Below, piece by piece: positions 60,721 through 64,000 of a stretch of DNA of 64,000 nucleotides. Source of the DNA: Thermoproteota archaeon (GTDB lineage Archaea; Thermoproteota; Thermoprotei_A; Sulfolobales; Ignisphaeraceae); contig JAUQPB010000003.1 of NCBI GenBank assembly GCA_030550585.1, forward strand, positions 196,333 through 260,332. The letters run 5' to 3'. Each line of letters opens with the position of its first letter. Position 1 is the stretch's first letter. Made by a program: the position numbers and the translations under genes. A model generated the notes under the pieces. It was not told the origin of the DNA. It saw nothing but the letters and a program-made list of their open reading frames with translations, and did no database searches.

Positions 60721-63003
60721 ATGAAACAGGCTACTATTATAGAGCTTGGCGAGCCCGCTATAACTAGTTCATGCAAACTCACTTTATACTCTCATAAATG
60801 GAGTTTGGTTAGAGTATTCGACCAAAACCTGATCGCGCATCCACATATCATGCTTTACTCAGACCTTCTTCTCTTCTCAAATGCACCATTTATACGAAGA
60901 TACGGCGACAAAGCCAGGGCTTATAGCATTGTGTTAGACAAAAGAGGTGAGAGATTTCAACTGGATTTGAAGAGCTACACCAGTATCTCGACATATACAG
61001 AGGATAGCAGCATCTTATTGCCACTCCGTGGAGACATGGCTAGAGTTCTCCAGTTTCGAATTGATGGAACGGTGAATGAATATGATGTCGAAAAACCCCA
61101 TTACATCTTGCCGCAAGGAGATCACAGCTATGTTGTAAAAAGCCGAAATATTCTCGCTATCGCTAGAAGCCCTACAACAATAGACGAGATAACACAGTGC
61201 AAAAACGTGTTTTACCGCGACTACAACGGTTACAAGATGCTACAATGCGTGTCAAATGATGAGAATATTCTTGTTGTTAGCGATGGATTATACGGGTACT
61301 CGCTTCAGCATAGAAAACGTGGATTTACCGTAGAAAGCGCTAGCATGGGTTTGAACACTGTAGTATTCAGCTCTCAGAGGATGTCACTACTAGTTCACTT
61401 CTCTAGAAGAGGAGAAGACGTCTATGAAATCCCATTTAAATTAGATGATACAGTATTTATTGATGATAATACTTGTCTTGGTAGAATCAACAATAAGCTT
61501 GTTCTTTATAGCCCCAACAACGATTCGCTAAAAATTTTGAAGAATGTTGATAGAGGAACTAGTATACACCATGATGCTTTACATGGTTATATAGCTTTGA
61601 AAAACGACAATGAAATAGAGCTAATCGACGTAGACAACAATTTGCTGTTATCTATAAAGATGCCTGCAAAAGATGTTGTGTTGGTAGATTCTAAGCTGAT
61701 TTTGCTAAATAGGAATAGAATCATTGTATACAGCATAGAGACAAATGATAAAAGGATTCGCTTAGAGAAGCTTCGCGACGCCCCAACAACTCTCGTACAC
61801 TGCATTGCAGCTGATTCTCACAACATTTTGTGTATAGATTTGCTGGGCAGGCTCCTTAAATTAGATGTTAGAAGCCTTGTCAATTCTATTCCAAAAATGC
61901 AAGTTCTCCGCAGCGACAAAGGCATTGTAGCGCTGTTGAAGCTTTTTTCGCCTGGCTACCCCATAAAGTTTTGGCCTTCAGACAATCTCAACCTCGAATT
62001 GAAAAAACTTGATGCATACTCTACAATGGTGTCGATCAAAGACGGTTTAAGGAATAAAGCCATTCTCACAGTAAGAGCAAATGGAGTTTTAGATTCCTTG
62101 GAAAAAACCTTGAAAGCCTTTTGGGAAACACATGAAGTGGAGATAGAGAAGCCCTTGGTTTTCGATCTTATAACAGCCTTGAATGGAACTCCACTTGCCT
62201 GCAACGAGAGCTTGCGCAAAAGTCTCATGAAATGCCTCAACAAAGCACCAGCTCAGGAAAACCATAAAAACAGTATATTGACGTGTTTTGTTGATGTTAC
62301 CCAAGCAGAGGATTCTGTGAAGCGCCACCAGATGGTGTTTATCAATAAAGTTAGGTATATTAATATAAACCCTGAGATAAGAGCCGAAACAAATTCTTTG
62401 TGTCTAGCCAATGCCCAGATACCTGATTTAAAGGGTGTTGATATTGGCATAGAGGTTCTATGCGACGACAAGCTCTATACCCTTAACAGCGGCTGTGTAA
62501 AGATAGATGGATGCAACTACATCAAAATGCTCGTCTATGCTAAACTTACGAAAGATGGCTGTGTTGTTGAGGTGCCAATAAGCTATGATGCTGAGATCCA
62601 TACAAATTTCTATGATGGCTCATCTATTGTGGTAAGGCGTGGACTTGGATACCATATACTAATTCCCGTAAGATGCTACAGTATCGAATCGTCGAGGATC
62701 GTGTACAAGGATGGTCTAAAGCTAGAGGTTGTAGCTAGAAACAGGTGCAGGGACACTGCATTGACTATAGCTCTATCCGATAGACGTATAATAATCCCAC
62801 CAGAAACCGAAATTGCTGTGGAAACCCCTCTTGATATAGACGATATTATCAGGAGCTACAAGGAACTTGTAGTTATTGAGCCCTCCGGCCCCAAATTGAT
62901 TGTGTTTCCCCTAGAACTTGGTTCCCTACTTGGCGTTGCTCACAAAATCACTTTAAAAGTCTCTGCTTTAACTGGGCTGAGAAGATGGTTAGAAAAACCT
63001 TAG
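60721..63003 (+). CDS. Large beta-rich hypothetical protein (possible beta-propeller plus Ig-like domains)
   Basis: 760-aa ORF with short beta-strand periodicity; no catalytic motif recognised. Confidence 0.55.
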   Translation: MKQATIIELGEPAITSSCKLTLYSHKWSLVRVFDQNLIAHPHIMLYSDLLLFSNAPFIRRYGDKARAYSIVLDKRGERFQLDLKSYTSISTYTEDSSILLPLRGDMARVLQFRIDGTVNEYDVEKPHYILPQGDHSYVVKSRNILAIARSPTTIDEITQCKNVFYRDYNGYKMLQCVSNDENILVVSDGLYGYSLQHRKRGFTVESASMGLNTVVFSSQRMSLLVHFSRRGEDVYEIPFKLDDTVFIDDNTCLGRINNKLVLYSPNNDSLKILKNVDRGTSIHHDALHGYIALKNDNEIELIDVDNNLLLSIKMPAKDVVLVDSKLILLNRNRIIVYSIETNDKRIRLEKLRDAPTTLVHCIAADSHNILCIDLLGRLLKLDVRSLVNSIPKMQVLRSDKGIVALLKLFSPGYPIKFWPSDNLNLELKKLDAYSTMVSIKDGLRNKAILTVRANGVLDSLEKTLKAFWETHEVEIEKPLVFDLITALNGTPLACNESLRKSLMKCLNKAPAQENHKNSILTCFVDVTQAEDSVKRHQMVFINKVRYININPEIRAETNSLCLANAQIPDLKGVDIGIEVLCDDKLYTLNSGCVKIDGCNYIKMLVYAKLTKDGCVVEVPISYDAEIHTNFYDGSSIVVRRGLGYHILIPVRCYSIESSRIVYKDGLKLEVVARNRCRDTALTIALSDRRIIIPPETEIAVETPLDIDDIIRSYKELVVIEPSGPKLIVFPLELGSLLGVAHKITLKVSALTGLRRWLEKP

Positions 63004-63623
63004 CAAGTTTCTTCAACCGGATAAAACTTTTAGAAAATGCTATCGAAAATCTCTATACAATCCCAAGACTATTCTCGAAGAGAATCTATGGAAAGGATTT
63101 TAGATGCGAAGAGATTAGAAGAGGTGTTTATAGATGCTATAGCCGTTCAGAAGCGAGGCTAGTTGCATTGTACAGCCTAGAAGATTCATTTGCTAGAATA
63201 GAGGAGATGGAGTACATCGATTTTCTCACCCATCTAAAGAGATATATCAGCACCTTGGCACCGCCAGGCTGCTCACTAGTATCAATATCTAGTGTGACTC
63301 CCTTAAACCCTGATAGCTATTTGTCGAAGATAAATAGCAAACTTCAGATGAAACTTGTTGAGTTGGAGAGCGACAAAGCAAATACCAGACTTAGAAGCCT
63401 GGTTGAGCGGCTCATGGAAATTAGGAAACGTGTTCTAGGCGGGGTGATACCCATAGAGACCTCTGTCCTTGCAGCAGTCATATGCCGAGACACCAAAGCA
63501 CATGAAGATATGCTTGCAAACATGCCTCAAGTGAGCAAGCAGATTTTGGGTATCTCGCTAAAGAGTGTTAGAGACTTTGAGAAAATAAGTCAGCTAATCA
63601 ATTTTCGTCAATGGCAAGCATAA
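62985..63623 (+). CDS. Putative N-terminal domain of a VirB4/HerA-like ATPase
   Basis: Beta-alpha-beta plus coiled hairpin; ends ...LINFRQWQA, overlapping the +1 frame of the ATPase. Confidence 0.55.
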   Translation: MVRKTLASFFNRIKLLENAIENLYTIPRLFSKRIYGKDFRCEEIRRGVYRCYSRSEARLVALYSLEDSFARIEEMEYIDFLTHLKRYISTLAPPGCSLVSISSVTPLNPDSYLSKINSKLQMKLVELESDKANTRLRSLVERLMEIRKRVLGGVIPIETSVLAAVICRDTKAHEDMLANMPQVSKQILGISLKSVRDFEKISQLINFRQWQA

Positions 63624-64000
63624 AACAAGTTTGCTAGACTCATTCGCTTACCTAATGCCACTCACCTTACCGCCTTCACAAACCATGGGCTCTGAGAACA
63701 GCGCTAACGATGTGTATATAGGCGTGGATCTGGTTTTTGGCAGGAGGGTGTCTTGGAATGTAGAGACATCTCCATCCCAACACATATTGGTTGTTGGACC
63801 AACAGGTTCAGGGAAAAGCATAGCTGTTTCAGTACTGGCATCAAGACTTGGCAGAAGATTTGATGCCCCGATAACAATATTCGATATTAAGAATGAGTAT
63901 GGGGATTACATGAGGCTTTTTCTAGGTAGACCCTTCAATGTGTGGAACGTTATGCATACCCCCATACCCCTATGTACCTGTGGTGACGATGAGAACTCCC
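63604..64000 (+). CDS. HerA/VirB4 (DUF87/CedB-like) ATPase, partial; missing from the ORF track
   Basis: Frame open from 63598: FVNGKHKTSLLDSFAYLMPL...VYIGVD...HILVVGPTGSGKS...IFDIKNEY; first ATG at 63655. Confidence 0.85.

Noticed and set aside
1-64000. CRISPR array or cas operon suggested by the cas4 gene
   Set aside because: No regularly spaced 24-40 nt direct repeats and no other cas genes seen; Cas4 is the solo type

Overview
AT-rich archaeal chromosome segment, most consistent with a hyperthermophilic crenarchaeon (Desulfurococcales/Ignisphaera-like). The evidence is archaeal-type LeuRS/CysRS/MetRS, TIP49, a Tes/GDGT-MAS-like radical SAM enzyme, an intron-containing tRNA-Met, box C/D sRNAs and AGA/AGG Arg usage. 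Most of the window is housekeeping genes interleaved with many glycosylation genes, including five GT-C-type membrane proteins. Accessory parts: (i) a decayed island after tRNA-Pro (GT2/GT4 genes, pseudogenes, VapBC, a degenerate copy of the tRNA 3' end); (ii) an Aap-like type IV pilus locus next to a PMT-like mannosyltransferase; (iii) a solo, catalytically intact TnpB element. The strongest signals not explained by the ORF track are: a ~210 bp tnpB-less miniature relative of that element (conserved left leader plus the omegaRNA-like 3' region) abutting a fragment of a different tnpB; a candidate +1 programmed frameshift (AAT-TTT-CGT) fusing an N-terminal domain to a HerA/VirB4-like ATPase at the window end; at least six unannotated box C/D sRNAs, some with guides matching tRNA positions 34 and 10; a tandem Hfq/Sm-like protein; and a TFS paralogue lacking the catalytic DE dyad. 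All calls come from reading motifs by eye; no database search was run.
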